Shown one piece after another: positions 35,791-49,489 of a stretch of 64,000 bases of DNA. The stretch's first letter is position 1, and every line of letters begins with the position of its first letter. The DNA is from Mobula hypostoma (taxonomy: Eukaryota). The translations under genes and the position numbers were made by a program. The notes under the pieces were generated by a model, which saw nothing but the letters and a program-made list of their open reading frames with translations, had not been told where the DNA came from and did not search any database. The DNA lies in the NCBI RefSeq assembly GCF_963921235.1, contig NC_086118.1, positions 22,012,001 through 22,076,000 on the forward strand, written 5' to 3'.

Positions 35791-35859
35791 GTCCCAACTT
35801 GTATACCTACATGGATTTAAAACCCATTGCAGCTTTCCCAGTCTTCTGAGACTGCCTTA

Positions 35860-37100
35860 GAGCATCCTTTGTCCTTTGTTTCAACTCCATTCTGACCTTC
35901 CTGCTGTTCTGTTGGGAGCATTCCACGGTCTTTTTGTAACTGTGCTGTACATCTGATCATTATCAGGTTCTTGTTCACTGATACCTTGGCAGGCACACTT
36001 ATTCCTTTGGATATTTGGTGAACTCTGTTCAGTAAATGTATTCCTCAGCACCTTTCAGAATTATGGAATTCACCTCTAGATTCTTGTCACAGGGTTCTCC
36101 GGTGCTGATCCACTTTACTGATTACTCTTTGACATTTTGGCATTGCTGCTTCCTAAAATCTTCTTTTGGTTTCTGTCTTTACCAAAGCCCTTCATGTCTG
36201 TGTACCTGAGCAACCGGACACTGAACAGATACCACCTGCAATTTTCCATCCTCTAGCTATTTGAGGTGATGCAGCTTTTAATTTATCCCCAACAGTTGCT
36301 GCCATAATCTTGCATGTTCTTCTTAAAACTTATCCAGTTTGATTCCCAATAGATCCCTCTTAAGAACTCCACAAACAGCAGCAATTGGTGGAAGACCAAC
36401 AACCAGTTGATGACTCTGCAGGCCATGGGACAGACGCCATGTTATCAGATCTCTTTAGACTTGCTTTCTGACTATACTAAGCTTTGCTGTGTACTTTGTG
36501 TTCTACTCTTGATCCAGCATAGCAGAAGTAATTAATCCCAATGCAGATTGCTGCCTTCATCCTATCCTTTCAAGCTCAGCACATTCCAAGAGCATATTTC
36601 TGAGAATACCATCCATACCTATCTAAAAAATAGTCCCATCTATCAGATATAGCAAATCATTGTTGGCCTCTTGTTCCTGCTGGAATTCAAGGTCTTTGGC
36701 TATGCTTTCATTTCCCATTTTGAAGTCTGTTGGGTCTTTGGTCATACCAACTGCACACCCCAGTATTGACTGCTCTTCAATTTTAATTTCCTCTGGAACC
36801 ATTTTACACACCCATGACAGAAAGTTCTTTGTTTCAAAAGGAAGTTCTCAGTGTGTTCATTGAAGCTCTGAACCTTTGCCCTTCATCAAGATTCACCACC
36901 AGATTTGTGAAAGCCAGACCATTACTTCCCATTTTCCCTTGGGACAATTATTGAATTGCTTGCTTCATTATTTTACATCAATATGAAAGGACAGCATGCT
37001 CAGCTTGTGAGATGCATTGAGTTCTTCTCCTAAATGTATCATAAACTCTCTTGAACTTGGGATGTCGATGGTTTCCTCCTTATTGGGGCAGTCACCCTTC
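35860..37100 (-). mobile_element. Possible ancient LINE (L1/Tx1-like) remnant
   Basis: Composition looks like decayed minus-strand coding sequence with weak post-RT-like peptide fragments. No diagnostic motif is intact. Confidence 0.25.
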
Positions 37101-37134
37101 TGATCCGAACTGAGGCATGACATATTCAATATTC

Positions 37135-37600
37135 AATAACTCAGCAGGTCAGACAGCAGCTATAGAGGGAAGTGGACTCTGGGTGTTGATGAATGGTCTC
37201 CGAACAAATCATCAATGTCTATTTCTCTCCATAGATGTTGCATGATAAGACTTTCCAGCTGTGATAAGACTGCTGAACAGATCCTGACCTGGATCTGGGT
37301 CGCACCCTCCAAATATACGGACCTGCCTCTCAGTTTTTTTGCACTACCTTACTTTCCATTTTTCTATTTTCTATTTATGAATTATAATTTAATTATTTAA
37401 TATTTACTAATTTTTACTATTTTTAATATTTAATATTTGTAATCCAGGGAGTGGGAAGCACAGAATCAAATATCGATGTGATGATTGTACGTTCTAGTAC
37501 CAATTGTTTGGTGACAATAAAGTATAAAGTATAAAGTATGACCTGCAAAATATTTTGTGTGTTGCTCCAGATTTCCAACATCTGTATTCTCTCATGTGTC
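37135..37600 (+). mobile_element. Short 5'-inverted PLE tail interrupted by a Rex1 3' end (about 37255-37518)
   Basis: 37135-37178 is the inverse of the PLE tail. Degenerate hammerhead at 37185-37216. The Rex1 tail ends in AAAGTAT repeats. Confidence 0.68.
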
Positions 37601-39669
37601 TGATACCTTTAATGGTGTAAGAAACCTCACCAACCTTAAATTAACAGTTATGTATAGCACCTGGCATACATGTGACACAGACCAATAGGCATACACAACA
37701 AATTCAATACAGATTTTACAAGGATTTAGCTGGAGATAGCTTTTGAACAGCAAGAATAGAACAGAGAAGTGAAGTCATAAATTAGAAACCTTTACCCCTA
37801 CCTTCCTTTTGATTTGAAGTTGAAGGTCTTAATCCTAAACATTTAATGGGAAAAAAATGAAATGTTTGAAACTTTATTTTGATAATGTGAAATTAGCCAT
37901 TGTAACTTTTAGAAAATAGTTTAAATAAATCTCTTTACTGAGTAGATGAACTGTGTAAATCAACAATAATTCAACCCTTATTGTACAGATTCCCCTCATC
38001 CCATCTGGTCTATTGCATAGCCTCTGATATCAGGCAATGGTAGGTGAAGGAGTGGTGGGGGGGGGGGGAGGGAGATCCCATCACTCTCTCATGATGCTTT
38101 CCTGAAGTGGAGCAGGATAAAAATGGATCCAGATGTGTCATCCCCTGCGGTAGATCTGCTTGCTGGCACTTACTGTCAAAATCTCCATATGGATAACGAC
38201 TGCTTCGTTCTGTTAATGGTGCATGATTTTTCCCAAGGCCCCATTAGAGGAAGAAGTCAGCATCTTCAGAGGAGGGAAGGAATTATATGTCCTGATTCTG
38301 TGGAATCATGTCATTTTAAATGTGTTATGAATAACTAGAGCAATGAGATTGATGTACATTCAGTGGAAGTATTCGTTATTAACCTAGGTGATTTGGAGTT
38401 CATTTAAGGTACTTTTTGTTGCAAAACTTGTCTATTTTTGAATTATTTATTAATATTTCAGAGTGTATTTGGTTACGTTGCTAACTTCTACAATTCTCTC
38501 CCTGCTCTCAATGTATCTGCCAGAAGGTGGGTTTTACTGCTGAGTATGGGAGCTTTAGTTGGCTAACACGGAGTGAAATCAAAATGTCATTTTGTGTAAT
38601 GTGTAAGTGGATTGCCAGTTGGGAGAGTGCCCAGTTTTAAAGACCAGGTTTTATTTTGAGCAAGTACCAGGGTCGATAATGAACTCAATGTTCAGCAGTC
38701 ATGCTGATTAGTGTTCAAGTACACTAGCACTCTCAAAAAATAATCAGAGCAAAATAGCCCCTTTGGAACATTGATCCAACATAGAGAAAAGCATGCACAA
38801 AAACTCAGAATTATTCTATCTCATTAACTGAAATTATTGTGAGTTTCTTGTCTTTTATATTAGTGATTTTTGTAGGCTTTCAGTGACTGTTGATTAATTA
38901 TAGTGATTACCTCTGTTCTGCCTTTCTTTGTCAAGCTCTTTGTGCAATTGTTCTTATACCTGAAGTAATAACTTGGTGGAAGGGTGGAGAGCTTTACCAC
39001 TGACCATTCTGAATAGTAGTTATTTTGTGAAGTCTGTTAATAGCAGTATGTAAATATTGAGTCAGTTCTCTGGGGGCCTCTTTTGAACACTTTCTAATAC
39101 TGATGAAAAATCCATCTGTACAGTGCAGTGTTCTTCACTACTGATTGTGTCGGCATTCACATCAAACACTCTGCTCTGTGAGTTCTTGTCACAGGTGCAG
39201 TCCCCTAACTATAGATCTGCACCCGTTCTGTCAACTGCTATAAATGGAACCAGAATGCTCTCTACAATGACGCCATACTTGACCATGACTTGTTTTGAAC
39301 CACAGTTTCACATCATATTTACTGCAACATTTTCACCAGCTGTGGCTTTTCTTTGCTCCTGCAGCCCTTACCCATCCCTCTTTCACCTCTGTTTATCTCA
39401 TATACTGTTGGTTGCCCGTCATATTTTTAAAAATATGATCTCATCCAAAATCCATCTGCTGTCCATTTCCTAACTCGCGCTTTCGTCAGTTATCTGATCC
39501 ATTTTGCTGACCCACTTTGTTTCTCTGTGAAGCAGCACCACACTTATATGAGTCCCATATTTCATTCCAAATGTTTCCATCTCCTTATTCTTCCTTTTCT
39601 CCATAACCACATCCAACCCTGCCCTCCAAGACATCTGCACTCTCTATACTCTGGCCTTTTACGAATCCT

Positions 39670-39985
39670 TAAGTCAGAGAGTCATTGAGTTACACAGCAC
39701 AGAAACTATCCCTTCAGCTCATCAGGTTGACCATCAAGTGTACATTTATATTAATCCCATTTGGCAGCACCTGGTCCATGGCTTTTGATGCCCTGGAAAT
39801 TCCTGTGCTTGTTCAGGCGCTTTTTAAAATTGTCAGAGTACCTGCCATCTTCTCCGGCAATGTATTCCAGACTGCAACCACCTCTGGGTGAAAGTAATTC
39901 ATTTCTCAAATCCCCTTTCAATTTCCTGCTCCTCACTTTAAACCTATGCATCTGATTTTAGTATCTCTGTTGTGGAAAAAATAAG
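39670..39985 (-). mobile_element. Old CR1 3' fragment
   Basis: HRFKVRSRKLKGDLR...FKKRLNKH...GIKSHG (ORF 39751-39951). Confidence 0.75.
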
Positions 39986-40200
39986 TTTCTCGTTATCCAT
40001 TCCTTGAAATCTAAGAACATGAAAAGAATGTTGGAAATGGCCAACAGATCAGTCAGTGAATGTGGAGGGAGACATGTAAATTTAACAATTCTATCATTTG
40101 GTATTGTTTTTTGGATTTCCTCCCAAAAGCTCGCTGGTTCCTCTCTCTTTCCTACTTAAAATATACTCTTAGACCATATCTGAACTCATGGCTTGAGACC

Positions 40201-40435
40201 TGTGGTAAACCATGTATATAGGTTGTAACTGGGTTACCTGTCTGGACATGCCTGGACACGCCCCTCTGCTGACTGCTCCTGTGGCTCCTCCCACAGATCC
40301 CTGAATAAAGGCGATTGTGTCACTGCTCCTCCCTCAGCCCAGGACAGACATGGATGTGAATCCATTTTACTGTTAATAAAAGCCTTTCAGTATGTACTCT
40401 ACTTCCAGTCTTTTGGAGTAATTGATAGTGCATCA
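40201..40435 (+). mobile_element. Short solo LTR
   Basis: TG...CA termini, internal AATAAA, 5-bp TSD AGACC/ACACC. Confidence 0.78.
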
Positions 40436-40700
40436 ACACCATTCAAGGGTACTCCTGGAAGCATCTCAGGATATTTTTGCCAAAGTATGCATAATATAAA
40501 AATATAAGTTATGGATGCTATTTTTGTCCTCACCACACAATGCAATTCATTATCTAATGCAACATAATTTGAACCATTTTCATAAAACATTAATGATAGT
40601 AAATACATTGATGCTATGTGAATGCACTTAACATTAGGTATATTCACTAACAATTTCATCAGGCTACCACTTTCTGAATACACTCTAATATCCGCTTCTT

Positions 40701-41550
40701 TCTAGATAACAGACCCAACCCGTTGCCCTCCGCCTCCACTCTCCTCCATATGGCGGAATTGGTCCTCACTCTCAGTAATTTCTCCTCCAGCTCCTCGCAC
40801 TTCCTCCAAACGAAAGGTGCATCCATGAGTTCTTGCATGGGTCCCAGTTATGCCTGCCTTTTTGTTGGCTACGTGGAACAGTCTATGTTTCAAGCCTACA
40901 GTGGTATCACTCCCCAATTTTCCTACGCTACATCGATGACTATATTGGGGCTGCTTCCTGCACCCATGTTGAGCTCATCAACTTCAACAACTTCCCATTC
41001 CCATTTTGACATGTCAGTCCATGGCCACCACTACTGCTGCAAAGAGGCCACACTCAGGCTGGAGGAGCAGCACATCATATATTGTCTTGGTAGCCTCCAA
41101 CCTGATGGCATGAACACTAATTTCTCAAACTTCTGGTAAATGTCCCCCTCACCATTCCCATTCCCATTTCCCTCTCTCACCTCATCTCCTTACCTGCCCA
41201 TCTCCTCCCTCTGATGCTCCACCCCCTTCCCTTTCTTCCTTGGTTACCTACCCTCTTGTATCAGATCTCCCCTCCTCCAGTCCTTTATCTTTTCACCTAT
41301 CAGCTTCCCAGTTCTTTACTTCACCCCTCCCCTCTCCCAGTTTCACCCATCGTCTACTACCTTGTACTTCTTCCACCTACCCCCCACCTTCTTATTCTAA
41401 CTTCTCATCTTTTTTTCCACACCTGACGAAAGGTCTCAGCCTGAAATATTGACTGGTTACTTTTTTCCATTGATACTGCCTGGCCTGCTGAGGTCCTCTA
41501 GTGTTTTGTGTGTGTTGCTTGGATTTCTAGCGTCTGCAGATTTTCTATTA
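40701..41550 (+). mobile_element. Internally deleted Penelope-like element (RT fragment joined to the 3' end)
   Basis: QTKGASMSSCMGPSYACLFVGYVEQ and RYIDD (40926-40940) are PLE RT motifs. The sequence then jumps to LEEQHIIYCLGSLQPDGMN, a pyrimidine UTR, a hammerhead motif and the tail. Confidence 0.85.
41419..41454 (+). ncRNA. Minimal type-I hammerhead ribozyme motif, core intact
   Basis: CTGACGA-A-AGGT-CTCA-GCCT-GAAA-TATT-GACT; stem I is eroded. Confidence 0.62.
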
Positions 41551-42639
41551 TTAGATGCATCGGTCTGCATTGCCAAATGTAAATATGCAGAGCATATTTG
41601 AATTGGTAGTGATCATTCCTCATAGTTCTTCAGTAGTATATATTAATTTTATTTGATGAGTCTATTCATGTAAGATATATTTGGTCTCCATCCTCTGAGA
41701 AATAAAAAAACAGGTTTTACTAAATTAATAAAGGCTTAGTGGAGTTTACCATTCATGTAAGTTTATTCTATCAGAACTGCAAATTTGAGTGAGATCAGAC
41801 TGTTGACCTATTAGATCATTAACAGAGGAAGGAAACATTAAATTGGCCATATTACAACACTTTGTCCTCCAGCATCCTCACACATCTTCTCTTTACCTAC
41901 ATTAAATTTTGTCATATGGAGATTTTAATGTTTAGGTTAATAGCTGGTAGCAGAGAGCTTACAGCAGTAATTCAATCAAACTATTCTGATGACCTAAATC
42001 CTAGTGGTGTAACTTGAGGGGTTTATGAGCAGGTCTGCAGATCTCTGAGGTTAAATTACACTCTTAAACTTACTGTCAATTACTTTTTAATAGTTTCAGG
42101 CCACCTCCATTCAAAAAGTGTTTTATTAGTTATGAAACTAATGCACTTGTTACTGTAGAAGTAATATAAATCAAGTCAAAGGGCAATGTAGAGAATAATA
42201 TAGAAGTAGAAATGATACTGAGTCATTAAAATTCAAAACAAGAGTGGATCACTTGGCTTTATGAATTTCCTTTCCCACTCAGTAAACAAGGCAAATCCTA
42301 TAGTTCACATCCACATACTATTCATTCCCTGGAGATAGTTTGGACATCACATTATCCCTCAAATTGCATTAAGTACATTAAAAATTCTAAGTAACGCTCT
42401 AAATACCCATATTTCACAGACTTGTCTGCTTTCTTGGATTTATTGGACAGATGAGATTTGCAGTGCCTTAGGTACAACAGTTCTAACTTTCCAATCCTGA
42501 TGATAGCCTTGACTCTTGTAAATGACAGATCGAAATATAGTTGCTTTGGGTGAGTGATTCTTTTCAGACTACTTTTAAATAGTCACTTAACAATTCAAAA
42601 AGCAGTGCTATTGACAACATATACCACAGTAACAGTATC

Positions 42640-44760
42640 ATTCTCCCAGTACCTAATGAGGTAATAGTTGTCCTGGACCTAACCCTGAATTTATGCCTCC
42701 CACATCTCTTAATACTTTTGGTCAAAATGAATTTATCAATCTTAGATATAACATTTGTGATTCATGCTATTGTGGGAGAGAATTTCAAATTCCATTACAT
42801 TATAAAGTATTTTCCAGCTCCACTTGTAAAAAGCCTGGCTTAACTTCAATATTGACATTAAATTTTTAATGATAATTAGTAATTTTATAAAAATACTTAT
42901 CAAGCTAATTAGTCTATGAACACTGATTTCAGCTTCCCTTCTTTTAAATAACGGTGTCATTTACAGTTTTCCAACAGAAAGAAATTGTTTTTGAATTGTG
43001 AAAACTTCAATAAATGCTGGTGCCATGAGGCGTTGTGACTTTGGTGTCTTTAGTACCACGTTTTACTTATTTCTGTTATTTTGCTTACACAGGCACCACA
43101 ATAGCGTAGCGGTTAGTGCAACGCTATTACAGTTGGGAAGTTGGAGTTCAGAGTTCAATTTCAATGTGATCTGTGAGGCATGGATTTTCTCTGGGTCCTC
43201 CAGTTCCCTCTCACAGTGCGAAGATGTACTGGTTAGTAGGTTTATTGACCATTGTAAATTGTCCCATGATTAGGCTAGGGTTTAATCAGAGGTTGCTGGA
43301 TGGTGCAGTTCGAAGGGCTAGAAGGGTCTATTCCACGTTTAATCTAAATAAATTTTGGTCAGACGCACTCCTGATCCAATATTATTTCAGATATCAGGTA
43401 CATTATCATCATTTGTAAACATAGACACTAGGTTATCATTTAACTATCATTCACGTTTTACTTTATTTTGCAATATTATTACTAGCTTTCAAGAAATGCA
43501 CTTTGCTTCTGACGGTCCCCTTTTCTAATACAAAAACAAAACTTTGTTTGTATTGCTATCGCTCATAAATTTCTCTTCGTACTCCATTTGTGTAGCCCTT
43601 GCTACCTTTTTGAAACTCTCGTAGTTGTTAGTATCCACACAGGTTGTTTCAACTTTTAAATGTTTTTTTTTTCTGTTAGTTTTGTTGCTTCTTTAGTCTT
43701 ATATGGCTACACTGTATATATTTTTTGTTAACAAGTTATCCTGGCCCTTATTTTTGTTTCCTATTAAATCCTTTTTTAACACTTTTCACTGAACTTTACT
43801 CATTAATAAATTTGTTCAGTTTATTGATCTCTGTCACTTCTCCTGGTTGTTAGTTCTATCTAATTTTAGAATCTTGGTAATTATTTTGCATTTCTTCCAT
43901 TCAATTGCAAAATCATCTTTCTTGGATGTTTGCACTAACTAAATCAGATTCATTGTTCATTACTAAATTAATTAGTTTCGGTCCTCTTATTGATTCCAGA
44001 ACATCACATTGCAAAACATTATCCTGAACAAGCTCAAGAAATTCACAACCTTTCTGACACAAGTCTGCCTGTTAATATACTAGTTATTCTCTGATTAAAG
44101 CAACCTGTGATTATGTGCTGTTATCCTCTTACCATTGAGATGATTTCATCCTTAAATCCTAAATCTAGTTCTCCTCTTTCCTTGTCTGTAGATCTTAAAG
44201 CTTGGTATCCTGGGCAGACAAAAATCACTTCAACACAGCCCTAAGTAACTATGAACATGATTTTGGCAACATTTACGTTGGTCAATAATTTTCTGTGGCC
44301 TTCATGGTGTGAGATGTTATTGGACCTGTGCACAGTTTTCCTGGTATCCTACATGCACATCAGACTGAGTGGTCTGGAAGTAAGCAAAACACTTCCCTAC
44401 ATCCTTGGACCCCTCTGTGCTATATCAAATGTATGCCACACACTTTGTGTTGCTAGTTACAATTTTCTCCTCTCTTGAACCCAAATGATGGTCCTTTCCT
44501 ACTCTGATCCCTCCTACTTACTAGTGTCTTCCCCTCCCAGTCCCAAGGAGGCCAGTGTCTTCCTAAACCCCCATATTCTTAACTTCTTCAAGACACAGGC
44601 TTCTGGATCTAGCCTCCTGTCACCAGCTTTGGTCCATATCCACTGATGGTCTCTGGTCAGACCTGGACTGCTGCTGTCCTGAGACCAGCCTTGGGAAGAG
44701 CGTTTGACACTGAATACTGTGACCTTCAGGCTCAATGGTAACGCTTGGTTCAGCACCAAC
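42640..44760 (-). mobile_element. Very old CR1-like LINE remnant (interrupted by a SINE)
   Basis: ORF 42742-42960 (MTPLFKRR...HRLISLISI..KLL) echoes CR1 VTPLFKKG...YRPVSLTS..GKLL. Boundaries are approximate. Confidence 0.5.
43090..43352 (+). mobile_element. V-domain SINE (HE1-like)
   Basis: A box TAGCGTAGCGG, B-box-like GAGTTCAATT, and a body and tail shared with the other copies. Confidence 0.8.
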
Positions 44761-44825
44761 GTCAACAGCTGTGATGCTCCTCTCTTTTGTCATCCTCACC
44801 GGAGAGATAAACGGAACCCTCTAGC

Positions 44826-45005
44826 TCATCAGATTTCTGAATGAACAATGAACCAACCCATGAACACTACCTCACTATTTTTGCACTACTTATTTAATTT
44901 TTATGTATATTTCTTACTGTAATATATAGTAATTTTTATGAATTGCCACATAGAAACACATTTCATGACATACATCAGTGATATTAAATCTGATTGATTG
45001 TGATT
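44826..45005 (+). mobile_element. Rex1-type 3' UTR fragment
   Basis: CATCAGATTTCTGAATG...CCATGAACACTACCTC as at 28905-28940; tail CTGATTG...GATTC. Confidence 0.6.
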
Positions 45006-45059
45006 CAACCTTGCACACATTTACAGTTTTACCTTCCAAAACTAATTACTTGAGACATT

Positions 45060-45220
45060 ATAAACAGGAGAACATCTGCAGATGCTGGAAACCCAAAGCA
45101 ACACACACAAAATGCTGGAGGAACTATGCATCTATGTTGCATGTTGACATTTCAGGCCAAGACCCTTCTTCAGGGCTGAGAAGGAAGGGTAAGGCACCAG
45201 AATAAAAAGGTGAGGGAGAC
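45060..45220 (-). mobile_element. PLE 3' tail with hammerhead motif (45142-45177)
   Basis: Minus strand reads AGCC-CTGAAGA-A-GGGT-CTTG-GCCT-GAAA-TGTC-AACA, followed by the shared tail. Confidence 0.7.
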
Positions 45221-46154
45221 TTGAGACATTTTTTTTGTTTTTTTTGTTGAAATCAAAAACTCTACATTATGTTATGAGCATGAGCTTTTAAAACAAATTG
45301 CAGAAGAAATACGGTGTATTTTCTTAAACTATGGCTATTATTAAACCACAAAATCTAATCCAATAGTACAATATAACATGTGACAAATTGCACACTTACA
45401 GGCTATACACCCACACTGCATAGTAACACACTTTGCTTGGACAATCATAAATGCACACATGGGCACCCACACAGACACACATTCACGCAGCCTTTTCCAT
45501 ATGCACCATTTTTGGGATTAAAACCAAATCTGCTCGCAAAGCAATTCTAAGCTAATTCTAATTGCTTCCATCTGACATTTGGATGGGATAAGAGTGAATA
45601 GCTTGTGTGAGAGAAGGAGTTTTTAGATACAAGCAGTCTTTATCAGGGGGAGAATTCCAGTGATTCAATGTACAAAGAAATGTTTCTGTGTCTACCAGAG
45701 TAGGATTACTAGGGTGTCATATGTGAAGTGAAAATATTAAACAGTAATATTAATGTTATTTTAAAGTGCCTGTAAAATGATTGTCTGGCATGACAATGTC
45801 CCGTGCTTGCCAAACTCAAAGATTAAAAGTATCAAGGAAATAGAAGCAATAAGGGTGATCGAACTATCATGTTTGATGAGAACAGGCAACACATGGGGTT
45901 AGAATGGAGGTACTGTAGTCCGCTATTCCCTGTGCTCATTAAACACGTGCAGTCACTTTTTTTTTTCTATAGGTTGCTTAGAATGATGAGGGAAGACCTC
46001 ATTTTGATTGGCAGATTTCATTTATTTATGCAGATTTCTGCATCTTAATGTCTTCTTCCTCTACTAAGATGATCCTTTAAAGTTACCTCCTTGATCAATC
46101 ATGTCTTGTTATAAAATCTCATTCCTTTTGGTTTCTGAGAGAGAGAAAAGAATG

Positions 46155-48065
46155 GGAAGATCCTGTCTTGTGCGGCAGACATAGCAAAGATGCTTGACAA
46201 AGCAGTTCCCCAATATGCATCGGGTCTCACTTATGCAGGAGAGGCTGATCTGGGAGCACCAAGTACAATAGATGAGCCCGACAGAATTGCAGCTGAAGTG
46301 TTGTCTCATCTGGAAGGACTTTTTGGGGACCTGAATGGTGGGGAGAGAGGAGGTATACCGGCAGGTGTAGCACTTGTCATGATTGCAGGGAGAAGTCAAG
46401 TCAAGTCAAGTCACTTTTTATTGTCATTTCAACCATAACTGCTGGTACAGAACATAGTAAAAATGAGACAATGTTTTCCAGGACCATGGTGCTACATGAA
46501 ACAATACAAAAACTACACTAAACTACGTAAGAAAAAACACAAAAGCTACATGAGACTACAGACCTATCCAGGACTGCATAAAATGCACAAAACAGTGCAG
46601 GCACTACAATAAATGATAATAAATAATAAACAAGACAGCAGGCACAGTAGAGGGTATAGTAGGCTGGTGTCAAGCCAGGCTCTGGGTATAGAGGAGTCTG
46701 ATGGCTTGGGGGAAGAAACTGTTACATAGTCTGGTCATGAGAACCTGAATGCTTTGTGCCTTTTTCCATATGGCAGGAGGGAGAAGAGTTTATATGAAGG
46801 GTGCGTAGGGTCCTTCATAATGGTGTAAATGTCTGTGATGGGGGGAAGAGAGACCCCAATGATCTTCTCAACTGACCTCACTATCCGTTGCAGGGTCTTG
46901 CGATCCAAGATGGTGCAATTTCCGAACCAGGCCGTGATGCAGCTGCTCAGGATGCTCTCAATACAACCTCTGTAGAATGTGGTGAGAATGGGGGGGGGTG
47001 GGAGATGGACTTTTCTCAACCTTCGCAGAAAGTAGAGACACTACTGGGCTTTCTTTGCTATGAAGCTGGTGTTGAGGGACCAGGTGAGATTCTCCGCCAG
47101 CTGAACACCAAGAAATTTGGTGCTCTTAACGATCTCTACGGAGGAGTCATTGATGTTCAGCGGAGAGTGGTCGCTCCGTGTCCTCCTGAAGTCAACAATC
47201 ATCTCTTTTGTTATGTTTACGTTCAGAGACAGGTTGTTGGCTCTGCACCAGTCTGTTAGCCGCTGCACCTCCTCTCTGTATGCTGACTCATCATTCTTGC
47301 TGATGAGACCCACCACGGTCGTGTCATTGGTGAACTTGATGATGTGGTTCAAGCTGTGTGTTGCAGCACGGTTGTGGATCAGCAGAGTGAACAGCAGTGG
47401 ACTGAGCACACAGCCCTGGGGGGCCCCCGTGCTCAGTGTGATGGTGTTGGAGATGCTGCTACCAATTCGGACTGACTGAGGTCTCCCAGTCAGGAAGTCT
47501 AGGATCCAGTTGCAGAGGGAGGTGTTTAGGCCCAGTAGGCTCAGCTTTCCAATCAGTTTCTGAGGAATGATTGTGTTGAATGCTGAACTGACTGATTGTG
47601 TTGAATGCTGAACTGAAGTCTATGAACAGCATTTGAACATACATGTCTTTTTTGTCCAGGTGGGTTAAGGCCAGGTGGAGGGTGATGTCAATGGCATCGT
47701 CTGTTGAACGGTTGGGACAGTACGCGAACTGCAGGGGGTCCAGTGAGGGGGGAAGCAGGGACTTGATGTGCCTCATGACAAGTGCCAGAACTGAGTTCAG
47801 TGGGGAGGGTCAATGCTTATGAAAAGTGGAGGGGAGTGGGGAAAAGATGCTTGGTGGTAGGATCCTGCTGGAGATGTTGGAAGTTACAGTGAACGCTGTG
47901 CTAAGTACCAAGGCTCATGAGGTGGTAGGTAAGGACAAGGTGAACCTTATGCCTGTTATGATGGTGGGTGGAAAGGTGAGGGCGGATATACGGGAAATGG
48001 AGGAGATGTGGGTTAGGACAGCGTTGAGGGTAGGGCATTCTTTGAAAAAAGAGGACATTCCAGAA
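46155..48065 (-). mobile_element. Penelope-like GIY-YIG fragment split by a Rex1 insertion
   Basis: ORF 46109-46399 reads PCNHDKCYTC...FSCNSVGLIYCTWCSQ...CISET. The upstream part continues at 47781-48065. Confidence 0.75.
46393..47780 (-). mobile_element. 5'-truncated Rex1/Babar LINE
   Basis: [48 protein letters not shown]; (TTGAC)n tail at about 46393-46412. Confidence 0.93.
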
Positions 48066-49489
48066 GAAAAAAGAAAAAAAGGAGGACATCTACCAGAATG
48101 TGACTTTTCAAATAATCTAACTTCTCCAATGTCTGACAGTTTGCCCAGTACTTCAGTGAAAGAAGTGGATCAGATTGGGACAATAATAGGTCTCTGCTCA
48201 GCCCCAGAAGTCTTCCAAATGGCAAGGCTCTAAATCAGATGAACATTTCAAATGGTGTCTCCGGTTAATTAATGGTAAAGAACAAATGATTTTAGGGAAT
48301 TAAACATATTAAACTGGGCAAAATGCAAGAGTCCATGATTCTGATTGCATTCCAAAAGATCCTTCAAAATCCACAACCTCTGTCTACAATCTTGAAGATC
48401 AATAGATGGAGAGGAACATTACCCACCTGCACACTCCATCCTTCATATTGTAGGTCCTTCAACGTAACTGGAGCTCCCTACAGCATGGCGTGAGCAGCCG
48501 TGATTCAAAAACATGGCTATCCGCCTCCTTCTCAAGTACAATCAGGGATGGCAATGTACATTGGTAAAATCAGCAAACTCCACACCCCAGAGATGAATAA
48601 CTGTACTGTTGTTTCAAACACTTCATCCTGTGGCTTTTTTCTTTGTCAATACACAAGCCAGCGCATGGTGTTAAGGCAACAGTTATCATCCATTCATAAC
48701 AAGCCTTTGATGACCATAGCAAACTACTTGTAATCATTGGGCATGGGTTAATCAAATACTGGATGCTCATGCCCAAATGTGGGTCTTAGTCAATTGAATA
48801 ATTGCTTATAACTTCATATTCTTTTTTTAACTTCTATTTGCTAAGACGCTTTATTCAAAATCTTTGTTTGTGGTATATCGGTTGTTAATCAGTGGTGAAA
48901 CATTTGGATACTATAGATAGCTACAGAGAAATCTGACTCCAGAGCACAAACAATATCAGTATATTGGCTCTATTCACTGAATAAGGATTCTATTCAGTGC
49001 TTTATTGGCTCAGAATGAAACATTAATGAAAATAATAACACTGCACAATTTTCCACAGCCACTAACAATGTTTTCTACATTACATCAATATGTCAGCTGA
49101 TTTTTCTTGGACAAAACCACACATCTAATCTAAAGCCTTTCATACAAAAGCATTGAATCTGACCAGTCAACTCCTGATGTAATGGCTGCCCATACAAGGC
49201 CTAGATTAGAAGTTCTAAAGGTTACTCAAGTTATTTGTGACAGAGACACATTAATGACTGTTTCAGTCATGGGTCTGGCTGAGAAAGAACCAGCTGGGAT
49301 GTTCCAACTCTCATGAGATATTTCTGCCTTCATTGGCTAGCATGTTGGACTCTGGAATCCAATAACCTGCATACAGTACATTAGGAGTTTGTGATCCGCT
49401 GAAGCACACTTAAAGGCCTCAGGTTTCTCGACGTTTTCTTTACGAGAATTTCAGGATTCAGGGCTAAGCTACAGGCTTCATGCTGTATG

